Shown: positions 1-9,709 of the stretch, one piece after another
How positions within the stretch are numbered: the first letter of the stretch is position 1
How the letters are laid out: every line of letters begins with the position of its first letter
NCBI GenBank assembly: GCA_001917175.1
Contig: MNTV01000026.1
Span: forward strand, 817 to 64,816
Length of the DNA stretch: 64,000 nucleotides
From: Azospirillum sp. 51_20
GTDB lineage: Bacteria; Pseudomonadota; Alphaproteobacteria; RF32; CAG-239
Direction of reading: 5' to 3'
Notes under the pieces: generated by a model
Databases searched by the model: none
Seen by the model: the letters and a program-made list of their open reading frames with translations, nothing else
Told to the model about the DNA's origin: nothing
Position numbers and translations under genes: made by a program

Positions 1-249
1 TACCCGGTTTGCCCCGGCGCAACAGGGGGCTTGCTGAAAAGCGACGGCCGGGCGTCTTCCATCAATATGGCAACACTGCAATATCAAAAATGGCGGCCAG
101 AAGGAAACAAACTCATTTTGTCGGGAAAAAGCACAGGCAGCCGTCAAACAATTGATTTCGTCGATTCATACGTAATTGAAGACATCGGTTTGCAAAAACT
201 CGTTTTGCGAAAAAACAACAAAGTTTTTACTTTTCACAAACAACCGTAA
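1..249 (+). CDS. hypothetical protein, 3' fragment (CDS enters from upstream of the window)
   Basis: The frame of the listed 31..249 ORF stays open back to base 1. Stop is TAA at 247-249. No family motif recognised. Confidence 0.35.
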   Translation, partial: YPVCPGATGGLLKSDGRASSINMATLQYQKWRPEGNKLILSGKSTGSRQTIDFVDSYVIEDIGLQKLVLRKNNKVFTFHKQP

Positions 250-304
250 ATTTGCAAAGTTACATTCGGACGCATTTGAAAAACATTCTTTTTTCTTGCG
301 GCGG

Positions 305-361
305 CCGCCCTTTTCAACCCAAGGGCGGCGCATCCGGAACAAGAAAAATACCGGATTTTTA
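305..361 (+). terminator. two adjacent hairpins between convergent genes
   Basis: gccgccctt(305-313)/aagggcggc(321-329), then atccgg(332-337)/ccggat(351-356) followed by a T-run. The second hairpin overlaps the stop codon of the minus-strand hydrolase. Confidence 0.35.
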
Positions 362-1390
362 TTGCAGGTTGGCTCTAAAAAACGCTTCTATTTTATCAAA
401 CGGGATTTTATCCGTCCGGTCATACAAATCCGTATGATTTGCACCGGGAATGATCATCAGCTCCTTATTGCCGCCTTTGAGCTTTTTGAAAGCGTCTTCG
501 CTGAAATAGCGGCTGTGTGCCTTTTCCCCGTGCAGCATTAAAACCGCACTTCTGATTTCGCCGGCATAAGACAAAATCGGCATATTGATAAATGAGAGCG
601 CATAAGTCATGTTCCAGCCGGTGTTGGAATTTTTTGAACGCTTGTGATAGCCGCGCGGCGTTTTGTAATAATTCCAATAATCTTTGACAAACTGAGGTTC
701 TTCTCCCGTCAGTTTATCCGGCAGACCGGCTTCTTTGGCATAGGTTCCGCTTTTAAAATCTTCGGTACGCTGAGCATTGAGTTTTTGCTTTAAGGCATAA
801 CGGTCGTCTTCACTCATTGCGTCAAAATAACCGTTGGCGTTAACCCGGCTCATATCATACATGGTAGAGGTAACCGTCGCCTTGATTCTGGTATCCATGG
901 CCGCGGCGTTCAGCGCAAAACCGCCAAAACCGCAAATGCCGATAATGCCGATTTTATCGGCGTCAACTCCGTCTTGAACGCTCAAAAAGTCAACTGCCGC
1001 GCTGAAATCTTCGGTGTTAATATCGGGTGAAGCAACCAGACGCGGTTCGCCGCCGCTCTCGCCCGTATATGAAGGGTCAAATGCCAGCGTAATAAAACCG
1101 CGCCCGGCCATTGTCTGCGCATAAAGTCCAGAGGCCTGCTCCTTGACCGCGCCGAACGGCCCGCTGACAGCTATGGCCGGCAGCTTCTCCGCCGGTTTGT
1201 CTTTCGGCATATACAAATCGCCGACAAGTTCAATTCCGTAACGGTTTTTGAACTTCACTTTCTCAATATTGACCTTATCGCTTTTGGCAAAAGTCTTGTC
1301 CCAATCACTTGCCTTTGCATTGTTCATAAAATTTCCTCCCGTAATTAATGTTGCCAGAACCAAAATATTCAATACCGCTTTAAATTTCAT
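359..1390 (-). CDS. secreted alpha/beta hydrolase, dienelactone-hydrolase-like (Cys nucleophile)
   Basis: ORF 359..1435, trimmed to the ATG at 1390 (MKFKAVLNILVLATL, signal-like) preceded by AGGAG. Has the nucleophile elbow GICGFGG and a C-terminal LMLHGEKAH/ANHTDLYD pattern. Confidence 0.7.
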   Translation of the reverse strand: MKFKAVLNILVLATLITGGNFMNNAKASDWDKTFAKSDKVNIEKVKFKNRYGIELVGDLYMPKDKPAEKLPAIAVSGPFGAVKEQASGLYAQTMAGRGFITLAFDPSYTGESGGEPRLVASPDINTEDFSAAVDFLSVQDGVDADKIGIIGICGFGGFALNAAAMDTRIKATVTSTMYDMSRVNANGYFDAMSEDDRYALKQKLNAQRTEDFKSGTYAKEAGLPDKLTGEEPQFVKDYWNYYKTPRGYHKRSKNSNTGWNMTYALSFINMPILSYAGEIRSAVLMLHGEKAHSRYFSEDAFKKLKGGNKELMIIPGANHTDLYDRTDKIPFDKIEAFFRANLQ

Positions 1391-1628
1391 GTTGCTCCTT
1401 TCGCAATTTATTATCCGTTTGACATTCGTGTTCAATCAAGCCTTCACGGAAAAAAGACCGGTGGCATAATCCGCATCTTTCCGATTTCGAAGGATTTTAT
1501 TTTTATCTTCGTACATCATGTCCGCCCCCCGTTTTTTATTATTTACAATTTTCCAAAAAATAGCAAATACTTATATTCAATGCTCAAATATGCTTGACAG
1601 GCATATCTTAAAAGGATACTGTTCTTAT

Positions 1629-2615
1629 ATGGAAATCAGAGTATTAAAATATTTTCTGGCCGTTGCGAGAGAAGGCAGCATAACCGGTGCCGCAAATTCT
1701 CTGCATTTGACGCAGCCTACCCTTACAAGGCAATTGCAGGAACTGGAAAAAGAACTGAGGCAAAAGCTTTTAATAAGGGGAAAACACAAAGTGACGCTTA
1801 CGCTTGAAGGAATGATTTTAAGAAAAAGGGCGGAAGAAATTGTGGACATGGTTGAAAAAACAAAAGCCGAATTTCTTGCAATAAGCGGTACGACGGGCGG
1901 AAACGTTTATATCGGCGGCGGCGAATCAGATTCTATAAAACATGTGGCGGAAATCATTAAAGAAATTCGTTCGGATCATCCGGAAGTAAAATTTCATATT
2001 TATTCCGGAAACGCGGAAGACGTTACCGAAAAGGTCGATAAAGGGCTGCTTGACTTCGGCATACTGATCCAGCCCGTCGACGTTTCCAAGTACGACCATA
2101 TTACACTGCCGGAAAAGGACGTATGGGGCGTCGTTATGAGAAAAGACAGTCCTCTCGCAAAGAAAAAACATGTTGAACTTTCAGACCTGCAAAACATTCC
2201 CTTGCTTAATTCAAGACAGGCAATCAAAAAAACATTTTCAAAAAACGAATTTATCGAATGGTTTCAGGGGAATTTTGACAAGTTGAACACAGCGGTTACC
2301 TTCAATCTCGTCTATAACGCCGCAGTCATGGTGAAAGCCGGGATCGGTTATGCCGTTACCCTGGACAAACTCGTCGACACCTCCGAAGAAAGCGAACTTT
2401 GTTTCAGACCGCTGAAGCCAAAACTTGAATCCGGATTGGACATTGTATGGAAAAAACACCGCGTATTCTCCCCGGCGGCCAAATTATTTTTGGACAAAGC
2501 GCTTGAAAAATTTGCCCCCGATACCCCGGCAGACGCATCCGGACAAACGGCAAACGCAAACTTTGCGGGCAAATCCGATACCGTTTTTTTACCCAAAGAT
2601 ATATTTCATTCATAA
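1629..2615 (+). CDS. LysR-family transcriptional regulator
   Basis: N-terminal HTH: MEIRVLKYFLAVAREGSITGAANSLHLTQPTLTRQLQELE. Start moved to the ATG at 1629. Divergent from the hydrolase gene. Confidence 0.9.
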   Translation: MEIRVLKYFLAVAREGSITGAANSLHLTQPTLTRQLQELEKELRQKLLIRGKHKVTLTLEGMILRKRAEEIVDMVEKTKAEFLAISGTTGGNVYIGGGESDSIKHVAEIIKEIRSDHPEVKFHIYSGNAEDVTEKVDKGLLDFGILIQPVDVSKYDHITLPEKDVWGVVMRKDSPLAKKKHVELSDLQNIPLLNSRQAIKKTFSKNEFIEWFQGNFDKLNTAVTFNLVYNAAVMVKAGIGYAVTLDKLVDTSEESELCFRPLKPKLESGLDIVWKKHRVFSPAAKLFLDKALEKFAPDTPADASGQTANANFAGKSDTVFLPKDIFHS

Positions 2616-2778
2616 TGCATTGCCGGTTGCATGGCAGAATTGTTTTCCTCAAACGCCGTCGGCCGCAACATGAAAACAGAAAAACGACAAAGGAACAAAA
2701 AATTCATAACCGAAACATCGGCCGATCGTTCAACAAAAAATTCCCTGACCCCAAAAGCGCGGAATCGTTTTGCCGTAA

Positions 2779-2818
2779 TAAAAAAAGAGCTGCCCGCACA
2801 AACAGGCAACTCTCTTTA
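2779..2818. terminator. bidirectional hairpin between convergent genes
   Basis: A-run, then gagctgcc / ggcaactc stem (one mismatch), then a T-rich tail. Lies between the LysR stop (2615) and the lipoprotein stop (2824). Confidence 0.35.
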
Positions 2819-2823
2819 TCAGG

Positions 2824-3429
2824 TTATTTACAAACCGGAGAATACAACGAAATGCCGTTTACTCTCTCATGTTTGACAACAGCCCCCTTTTTTACTTCCA
2901 GCCAAAACGGCTCCACCATCGGGTTTACCGAAATAAATTTTCCGTTGGTGAAAGTCACATTGGTAAGAATCTTACCCTGATATGACTGGAAATCGAATTT
3001 CCCGCTCGGAGACGTTAACAAGCCTCCTGACAGATATCCCAAAAACCTTCCGGTTTCTCCTTCATAAACGCTGATAGAAGCAACCTCCAGTTCTTCAGTT
3101 ATATCTGCCGGGGGAACCAGCCGCAGATAATCGCTTTGGTATTCACCATAAACTTCAACAACCCAGCCCGGTTCCGCGTTCTGCCACAGCAAGACTTCGG
3201 GATCATAAAATTTTACTCTCTCCCTGTTCTCGTTTATAAAATAATGATTCCACCGATCGTTGGGATCTATACGCACCGCATATCCGTTTCTCAGATATAC
3301 GTGAACTTCAGAAGATGTTTTTTCTATTTTAAACACCTCCGTCGTTTCCAATACTTTATATTCGGAACAACTTGCAAACAAAAACGCCATTCCACAAATA
3401 ATAAGTGTGGTTTTAATAATATTTTTCAT
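2824..3429 (-). CDS. hypothetical lipoprotein
   Basis: Signal peptide with lipobox: MKNIIKTTLIICGMAFLFASC. No family recognised. Confidence 0.6.
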   Translation of the reverse strand: MKNIIKTTLIICGMAFLFASCSEYKVLETTEVFKIEKTSSEVHVYLRNGYAVRIDPNDRWNHYFINENRERVKFYDPEVLLWQNAEPGWVVEVYGEYQSDYLRLVPPADITEELEVASISVYEGETGRFLGYLSGGLLTSPSGKFDFQSYQGKILTNVTFTNGKFISVNPMVEPFWLEVKKGAVVKHERVNGISLYSPVCK

Positions 3430-3688
3430 GGTATTTAATAATTTTTATTCTTTATCAGTATATCATTTTTTTTACAAAAAGCAACTCCTTTTGCCCAAAA
3501 ACAAACGTTCGTCTCCGTAATCCGCTCATTTTCGAATCTCCCGGCAACCGGCCGGCGCACTTCCCTCAGAATATGTCCGGCAGCAAACATGTATCGAGTT
3601 AAATGAATAAACAAAGCAGCACTTGACCGAACTCTTTTTTCTTGTCATCTTCCCGATTTCGGAGTTTAATCGTTATTCGGAGGCTGTC

Positions 3689-4228
3689 ATGAAAATTCTG
3701 ATTATCGGTCCGCTCGGCGCAGGAAAATCGTCGCTCGCTTATGCAATAAACAAAAGATTCAACCTCCCGCGGTTAAACATCGACGAAGTCTGCCGCAATA
3801 CGGAAGACGGAAGCTATTATTCCGTCGGGGAACAGTTTTCCCGGCTGAAGCTTTTTCTTTCGGAAAACGACGGCTGGGTTGCGGAAGGCTGCCAGAAGTA
3901 CATCTACGAAACAATGCGGCCGGACCTGATTATAGACATGAGAATCTGCCGGCCGGTCGCGATATGGCGCTTTACCGTGCGTTTTCTGAAAGCAAAAAAG
4001 CTTATCGGCAGAAAAATCGACAAGGAACTGCCGGTTCAGGCTTACCATTATCGGAAAATAAGCCTGAAAAAGATCCGGGATTATGACAACTGCAACCGGG
4101 AAATCAATGCGGAAATTTCCGTTTTTTTAAAAAATGCAAAAATCCCGGTCATCAAATGCAAAAATTTTCGCCAATACGGAAAAGTTTTCGCTTATATCGA
4201 AAATTTCCGGCCGGTGCGCCCGATTTAA
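3689..4228 (+). CDS. P-loop NTPase / adenylate-kinase-like (FlaR-type) protein
   Basis: Start at ATG 3689 after GGAGG. Walker A in MKILIIGPLGAGKSSLAYAI. Confidence 0.65.
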   Translation: MKILIIGPLGAGKSSLAYAINKRFNLPRLNIDEVCRNTEDGSYYSVGEQFSRLKLFLSENDGWVAEGCQKYIYETMRPDLIIDMRICRPVAIWRFTVRFLKAKKLIGRKIDKELPVQAYHYRKISLKKIRDYDNCNREINAEISVFLKNAKIPVIKCKNFRQYGKVFAYIENFRPVRPI

Positions 4229-4331
4229 CGAGTTGCGACAAGCGGACCTTTTCTTTTCAGAACGACACGGCCGATTTTTTGTTATACGATATTTTAACCC
4301 GGCAAAAGGTATAATGTCGGCGGAGGTAAAA

Positions 4332-4892
4332 ATGAGACTGATAGAAACACCCTGTGCCGCCTGTCTGGCACAGATTGAAAAGCTGTATTACGAAGCGTTT
4401 CCGGTTGAGGAACAAAAACCGTTTTCCGTAATTCTGGAAAAAAACAGGGAAGGGTCGATGGAGATCCTCGCCGCCGAAAACAATCACAAGGATTTCACGG
4501 GACTGGCCATTACCGCGCGGCACCGCGATCTGGTCATGCTTGACTATTTTGCCATTTCGCCCTGTCACAGACAAGGGGGCGTAGGCTCAAAAGTTTTCCG
4601 GATGCTGAAAGAACGTTATGCCGGTCAACGTTTTTTTCTCGAAATAGAAAGCACGCTGGTCAAAGCGGAAAATGCCGAACAGCGCAAACGGCGCAAAGCC
4701 TTCTACCTTAAAAACGGCATGGTCGACATGCCCTTTACGGTTGACGCCTTCGGCGTGGAGATGGAAATTCTGGCCGACGGCTGTTCCCTTGAATTCGAAG
4801 AATACCGGGACTTGTACCACAGTCTTTTCGGCGCGTCCGCGCACGGCAGGATCAAACTGAAAACGCCGCTGCCGCAAGCGTCGAAAAAATAA
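4332..4892 (+). CDS. GNAT-family N-acetyltransferase
   Basis: Start at ATG 4332 after GGAGG. Acetyl-CoA motif: YFAISPCHRQGGVGSKVFRMLKE. Confidence 0.75.
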   Translation: MRLIETPCAACLAQIEKLYYEAFPVEEQKPFSVILEKNREGSMEILAAENNHKDFTGLAITARHRDLVMLDYFAISPCHRQGGVGSKVFRMLKERYAGQRFFLEIESTLVKAENAEQRKRRKAFYLKNGMVDMPFTVDAFGVEMEILADGCSLEFEEYRDLYHSLFGASAHGRIKLKTPLPQASKK

Positions 4893-4913
4893 CCGGCGGC
4901 ATATGAATTTGCA

Positions 4914-4944
4914 AAAACCCCGTTCGACAGACGGGGTTTTGTTT
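4914..4944 (+). terminator. rho-independent terminator
   Basis: aaccccgt(4916-4923)/acggggtt(4931-4938) followed by ttttgttt. Confidence 0.7.
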
Positions 4945-4964
4945 CATTTTCCGCCCCGGAAACA

Positions 4965-5225
4965 TCAATTTCCGGCAGGCAGTTCTTCAAGCACTCGCGA
5001 CACCACCAGACAATTATGGTAATGTTTGGCGCCGCGGATCATGGTAAAATAGCGGCAGCGCTCGCGGTCGGCAAATTCGAAAGAACGTTTGACCAGGTCG
5101 GACACTTCGGTCAAAGCTTCTTTGGAAAGGCCTGTCAATAAAAAACGAAGACGATGTTCGTCCGGTTCTTCAGTTGCCACAATCATCATGTGTTTCAACT
5201 GTTTTTTCAATTCTTCCGTTTTCAT
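4965..5225 (-). CDS. hypothetical small protein
   Basis: 86-codon ORF with ordinary composition. Weak RBS and no family recognised. Confidence 0.4.
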   Translation of the reverse strand: MKTEELKKQLKHMMIVATEEPDEHRLRFLLTGLSKEALTEVSDLVKRSFEFADRERCRYFTMIRGAKHYHNCLVVSRVLEELPAGN

Positions 5226-5367
5226 AACGATTGTAAAAATAATCTTTCAGCGGCTTCAAACTGCCATAGCTGACATCCGTTGTCAAGCTTTTCCGCAAAC
5301 GGACGAAAAAACTTTACCGCCGTTTTTCTCCGTTTTACAATAAAGAAAAAAGAATCGGTGCACCATC

Positions 5368-5715
5368 ATGACAGAAGATATTTTTTCCCGTCTGGGCCGT
5401 TCGCCTTTCCGCAGCCGCTTCCGGCTGAAGACGGCGGACATTTCCTATGTCCGGCAAAAAGGGCTCGACATCGTCCGCCGGCATGCCGAAAATTTTGTCG
5501 GTAAGCGGCTGGCGCCGGCGGAAATCGCCAACGACGGCAGGCAGACGCCGATGCGCGGCCACCCGGTATTCATCGCCCAGCACGCCACCGCCACCTGCTG
5601 CCGCCAATGCCTGTTCAAATGGCACGGCATTCTCCCGGGCAGAGAGTTAACGCCGGAAGAACAAAAATATGCGGTTGATCTGATTATGGAATGGATCCGC
5701 AGGCAAACGGACTGA
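5368..5715 (+). CDS. DUF4186-like protein
   Basis: The block MRGHPVFIAQHATATCCRQCLFKWHGI matches my recollection of the conserved DUF4186 core. Confidence 0.6.
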   Translation: MTEDIFSRLGRSPFRSRFRLKTADISYVRQKGLDIVRRHAENFVGKRLAPAEIANDGRQTPMRGHPVFIAQHATATCCRQCLFKWHGILPGRELTPEEQKYAVDLIMEWIRRQTD

Positions 5716-5721
5716 CGGCCG

Positions 5722-6072
5722 CTATTCGCGGACATGCTCCAGCGCCTTTTCCCAGATGATGCGGACATGATCGTCGTTTAAGGCATAGTAAACGTTTTTT
5801 CCTTTTTTGTCCGCCCGCACCAGCTTGGCTATACGCAGAATCTTCAACTGGTGGGAAACTGCCGACTTGGTCATGTCAAGCAGTACCGCCAGATCGCTTA
5901 CGCACAGCGACTCTTTTTCCAACGCCCACAAAATGTTAATGCGGGTCGGGTCGCCCATAACCTTAAAAAAGTCGGAAAGACCGTACAACAGCTCTTCCTC
6001 CGGCATTTCGGCGCGGATTGCCGCCACGGTCCGGGGACGGAGGGCGGTGCAGTCCGCCTGAGTGTTTTCCAT
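5722..6072 (-). CDS. ArsR/SmtB-family metal-sensing repressor
   Basis: Winged HTH: MGDPTRINILWALEKESLCVSDLAVLLDMTKSAVSHQLKILR. Divergent from a heavy-metal ATPase gene. Confidence 0.9.
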   Translation of the reverse strand: MENTQADCTALRPRTVAAIRAEMPEEELLYGLSDFFKVMGDPTRINILWALEKESLCVSDLAVLLDMTKSAVSHQLKILRIAKLVRADKKGKNVYYALNDDHVRIIWEKALEHVRE

Positions 6073-6156
6073 GCGACGCTCCTCTCAAGCGATTAAATTC
6101 TGCTTTTACAATAATCGAATCGCCGACGGCACACAAGCGTTTTTATCATTTTTTTA

Positions 6157-6186
6157 TTGACAATTGAACGATTGCTCAACTATTAT
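6157..6186 (+). promoter_or_regulatory. candidate sigma70 promoter with embedded imperfect palindrome (ArsR-type operator candidate)
   Basis: TTGACA(6157-6162), 18-nt spacer, TATTAT(6181-6186). The spacer contains TTGAACGATTGCTCAA (6164-6179), palindromic at 12 of 16 positions. Confidence 0.4.
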
Positions 6187-6230
6187 ACAAACAAAGACGA
6201 TTGAACAACTGTTTGAACGGAGATACGCTT

Positions 6231-8138
6231 ATGTGTAAAGAACATCACCATTGCTCTCATCATCAGGCACAAGAATGCGGCCACTGCCATCATGAACACG
6301 GCAATGCCCGTCTGCCGCTGCAAATCGGCGCCGCCGTGCTGCTGTTTGCCGCGGCCGTCAGCGGTCTGCTGCCGCCGGCTGCCGGCACTGCTCTCTTTGT
6401 TGCCGCCTGGTTCGTTGCCGGCGCGGATATCGTTTATGCGGCGGGCAGAAACATTCTCCGCGGAAAATGGCTGGACGAAAACGCCCTGATGACAATCGCT
6501 ACTCTCGGCGCCGTTTTCCTCGGCGAATATCCGGAAGCGGCAATGGTGATGATTTTGTTCCAAAGCGGCGAATATCTTCAGCACAAGGCGGTGGAAAGCT
6601 CCAAACGCTCAATCGCCGAACTGATGGATATCCGGCCCGACTATGCCTGCCGGGAAGAAAACGGCACGGCGGTCAGAAGACGGCCGGAAGAAATTGCCGT
6701 CGGCGACGTCATCATCGTTAAAAGCGGCGAAAAGATCCCGCTTGACGGTTTAGTTACGGACGGCGAGGCAACGGTTGACACTTCCGCCCTGACCGGAGAA
6801 TCCCTGCCGCGCCGGCTGGTTCCCGGCAGCGAGGCGCTGAGCGGTTTCATCAACACCAACGGCCTGCTTAAAATAAAAGTGAGCAAACCCTTCGGCGAAT
6901 CGACCGCCGCCAAAATCCTCGAACTGGTGGAACATGCGGACGCGCGCAAAGCCCGTACGGAAAAGTTCATTACCCGTTTTGCCCGCTTTTACACGCCGGC
7001 AGTGGTGGCTGCCGCTATATTGCTGGCTTTGGTGCCGCCGCTTGTCGTTCCCGGCACCGCGTTTGCCGAATGGCTGCAGCGCGCGTTGACATTTCTTGTT
7101 ATCTCCTGTCCCTGCGCACTGGTCATTTCGGTTCCGCTCACCTTTTTTGCCGGCATCGGCGGCGCTTCCCGCAACGGCATTCTGATCAAAGGCAGCAATT
7201 ATCTGGAAACGCTGGCAAACTGTAAAACAGCGGTTTTTGACAAGACCGGCACCCTTACCCGCGGCGTATTTGAAGTCAGCCGCATTCTGCCGGCTGCCGG
7301 CATCGGCGAAGACCGGCTGCTGAAAACCGCCGCAGCGGCGGAAAGCGCCTCCAACCATCCGATTGCACTGTCAATCCGCAAAGCGGCCGGAGAAAAGGAA
7401 ACCGGCCTGCCCGGCGGACAGGCGGAAGAAATCGCCGGCTGCGGCGTCCGCATCAAAAAAGACGGAAAAGAAATTCTTGCCGGCAACCTCAAACTGATGG
7501 AAAAATTTAAGATTTCCGGAATTAAAGAAGCTGACGGCGGCACGGTTGCATATATTGCCGAAGACGGAAAATATCTCGGCGCGCTGGTTATTTCCGATAC
7601 GGTTAAGGAAACCGCCGTCGGCGCCGTCGCCGAACTCGGAAAACTGGGAATAAGGACCGTCATGCTGACCGGCGACAACGAACCGGCCGCCGCGGCTGCC
7701 GCCGGACAGCTCGGCATTGCCCGTTTTTATGCCGGACTGCTGCCGGGAGAAAAAGTGGAAAAACTGGAAGAACTGATTAAAGCCCGCAGCGGCGGTTCCG
7801 TCATCTTTGCCGGCGACGGCATCAACGACGCGCCGGTTTTAACCCGCGCCGACGCCGGCATCGCCATGGGTACGACGGGATCCGACGCGGCAATTGAAGC
7901 CGCCGACGCGGTTATCATGAACGACGACCCGCAAAAGGTGGCGGAGGCGGTTAAAATCGCCCGCAAAACCATGGGCATTGTCCGCCAGAACATCGTCTTC
8001 GCGCTTAGTGTCAAAGCTCTTTTCCTCGGGTTGGGCGCCGCCGGCATGATGACCATGTGGGGCGCGGTTTTTGCCGACGTCGGCGTGACCATGCTGGCTG
8101 TGTTGAACGCTCTCCGCGCTTTTAGAAAGCCTATCTAG
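6231..8138 (+). CDS. heavy-metal (Cd/Zn/Co-type) translocating P1B-type ATPase
   Basis: Start at ATG 6231. Cys/His-rich N-terminus (MCKEHHHCSHHQAQECGHCHHEHG). Has the CPC motif (SCPCALVIS), DKTGTLT, and GDGINDAP. Confidence 0.95.
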   Translation: MCKEHHHCSHHQAQECGHCHHEHGNARLPLQIGAAVLLFAAAVSGLLPPAAGTALFVAAWFVAGADIVYAAGRNILRGKWLDENALMTIATLGAVFLGEYPEAAMVMILFQSGEYLQHKAVESSKRSIAELMDIRPDYACREENGTAVRRRPEEIAVGDVIIVKSGEKIPLDGLVTDGEATVDTSALTGESLPRRLVPGSEALSGFINTNGLLKIKVSKPFGESTAAKILELVEHADARKARTEKFITRFARFYTPAVVAAAILLALVPPLVVPGTAFAEWLQRALTFLVISCPCALVISVPLTFFAGIGGASRNGILIKGSNYLETLANCKTAVFDKTGTLTRGVFEVSRILPAAGIGEDRLLKTAAAAESASNHPIALSIRKAAGEKETGLPGGQAEEIAGCGVRIKKDGKEILAGNLKLMEKFKISGIKEADGGTVAYIAEDGKYLGALVISDTVKETAVGAVAELGKLGIRTVMLTGDNEPAAAAAAGQLGIARFYAGLLPGEKVEKLEELIKARSGGSVIFAGDGINDAPVLTRADAGIAMGTTGSDAAIEAADAVIMNDDPQKVAEAVKIARKTMGIVRQNIVFALSVKALFLGLGAAGMMTMWGAVFADVGVTMLAVLNALRAFRKPI

Positions 8139-8167
8139 AACAAAAATGCAAAAATTTTCCGGCGGCT

Positions 8168-8196
8168 CTTGATTCTGCCTTTTGGCCACCCTACCT
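8168..8196 (+). promoter_or_regulatory. sigma32 (RpoH)-type heat-shock promoter candidate
   Basis: CTTGATT(8168-8174), 14-nt spacer, CCCTACCT(8189-8196), compared with the recalled consensus CTTGAAA-N13-14-CCCCATNT. Lies about 40 nt upstream of hsp20. Confidence 0.45.
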
Positions 8197-8237
8197 GTTT
8201 TAACAGAAGGATGATTGATCAAACAAGGAGGTTTAAA

Positions 8238-8717
8238 ATGTCTGATTCATTGGTCAGCCGCAAAGAACACGGTCATCATGCCCCGCTGCGCTGCGGCTTT
8301 AACAAAGATTTTAACGATCTGCTCAACGGCTTTTTCGGCAACTGGCTCGATTTGCCGGAAGAAAAGAACTTTATTGCCAAGAACGAACCGAAAATAGAAG
8401 TCCGCGAAAACGAAAAAGAAGTAACGGTACGCGCCGAAATGCCGGGTATGAAGGAAGAAGACATTGATCTGGAACTGTCTTCCGACGGGTATCTGACAAT
8501 TTCCGGCGAAAAAAAGCAGGAACACCGGGAAGAACACAAAGGAAGTTATTTTTCGGAAATTTCCTACGGCACTTTCAGCCGTACGGTTCCGCTGCCCTGG
8601 GAACTGAAATTTGACGACGCCAAAGCCGATTTTGAAAACGGCGTGCTCACCGTTACGGTTCCCAAATCTTCCGACGAACAGGGCAAAAAGCGCAAAATTG
8701 CCATCAACCGCAAATAA
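8238..8717 (+). CDS. Hsp20/alpha-crystallin small heat-shock protein
   Basis: Start at ATG 8238 after AAGGAGG. Alpha-crystallin domain pattern: VTVRAEMPGMKEEDIDLELSSDGYLTISGEKK...FSRTVPLP...ADFENGVLTVTVPK. Confidence 0.9.
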   Translation: MSDSLVSRKEHGHHAPLRCGFNKDFNDLLNGFFGNWLDLPEEKNFIAKNEPKIEVRENEKEVTVRAEMPGMKEEDIDLELSSDGYLTISGEKKQEHREEHKGSYFSEISYGTFSRTVPLPWELKFDDAKADFENGVLTVTVPKSSDEQGKKRKIAINRK

Positions 8718-8737
8718 TCCGGTCATGATGACGAACA

Positions 8738-8762
8738 CCCCGGGAAATTCCCGGGGTTTTTT
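8738..8762 (+). terminator. rho-independent terminator
   Basis: ccccggg aaatt cccgggg followed by tttttt. Confidence 0.75.
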
Positions 8763-8897
8763 ATTTGCCGCCCGACAGGAAAACCCGGGTTTGCCCGGGG
8801 GCTAAATGCTTTGGTGCCGGGATAACGCCGACTTATGCCTTTGATCATGCTCTGACCGTTGGGTTTGCTGCTGTTTTATTCCCCGCTTACCGTTTTT

Positions 8898-9407
8898 TTA
8901 ACCGCGGCATATCTTGTCAAACACGATCCGCGAAGAACCGTCGGCAATATCAATCAGGCCGCAGAGGGTAAAGTTGTTTTTGCCAAGCACCCGGCGCATC
9001 GGCAGATTGTCGCGGTGGGTGTCGATTTTCAGATAGTCTATGTTGCGGGCAAGCGACAGCTTTTCGGCATGACGCAAAGCGGCCGAGGCCAGTCCGCGTC
9101 CCCGCCAGGCGGCGCCGACCGCCACCCGGTGAACGACGGCAAAACGCCCTTCCCGCCGCCAGCTGCCGTTATAGATTTTGTCATAATCGGCGTCGCCGTC
9201 AAAAGAAACGGCGAAAGAAGCGGCCACCTGCCCTTCCTCTTCCGCCACATAACAATTGCCGGCAACAATGTCCCGTTCAATGACGCCGGCGTTCGGATAG
9301 CTCCGCTGCCACTGGTTAATGCCCTGTTCTTTCAAATTCCGTCTGGCCTCGTTGATGATTTCCATAATTGCCGGAAGATCGCTTAAACCGGCTGCTCTGA
9401 TTTTCAT
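8898..9407 (-). CDS. GNAT-family N-acetyltransferase
   Basis: HRVAVGAAWRGRGLASAALRHAEKLS (Q/RxxGxG/A motif). Typical length of about 170 aa. Confidence 0.85.
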   Translation of the reverse strand: MKIRAAGLSDLPAIMEIINEARRNLKEQGINQWQRSYPNAGVIERDIVAGNCYVAEEEGQVAASFAVSFDGDADYDKIYNGSWRREGRFAVVHRVAVGAAWRGRGLASAALRHAEKLSLARNIDYLKIDTHRDNLPMRRVLGKNNFTLCGLIDIADGSSRIVFDKICRG

Positions 9408-9435
9408 ATCGGTTCTCCTTTTTCAAAAATTAAAG

Positions 9436-9479
9436 AAACAAAAAAGAAACCGCCCGGTTCCTTACGAAACCGGGCGGTT
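9436..9479 (-). terminator. rho-independent terminator (minus strand)
   Basis: Perfect 12-bp stem aaccgcccggtt(9448-9459)/aaccgggcggtt(9468-9479). On the minus strand it is followed by a T-run (plus-strand A-run 9436-9447). Confidence 0.7.
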
Positions 9480-9709
9480 GAAAGTTTGATAAAAGCCGTA
9501 ACAAACTATGCCGTTTTCCGTAAGGTCAGGAACGGGATAACGGTGGTAGTGGTAACGGTTACGGCGGCAAAGGAAACGGCTGCCGGCGTCATTACGGCGC
9601 GGCAGGCAAAACGCTTATTTTCGGCCAAGGCAAAAAACATGTTTTCCGTTTCCTTAAATAAATTAACGATAAGTTCAGATTAAAGACAGATTATCGGACT
9701 GTCAATCTT

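Noticed and set aside
8859-9386. 175-codon + strand ORF
   Set aside because: It is antisense to a well-supported GNAT acetyltransferase (8898..9407) and has no RBS.
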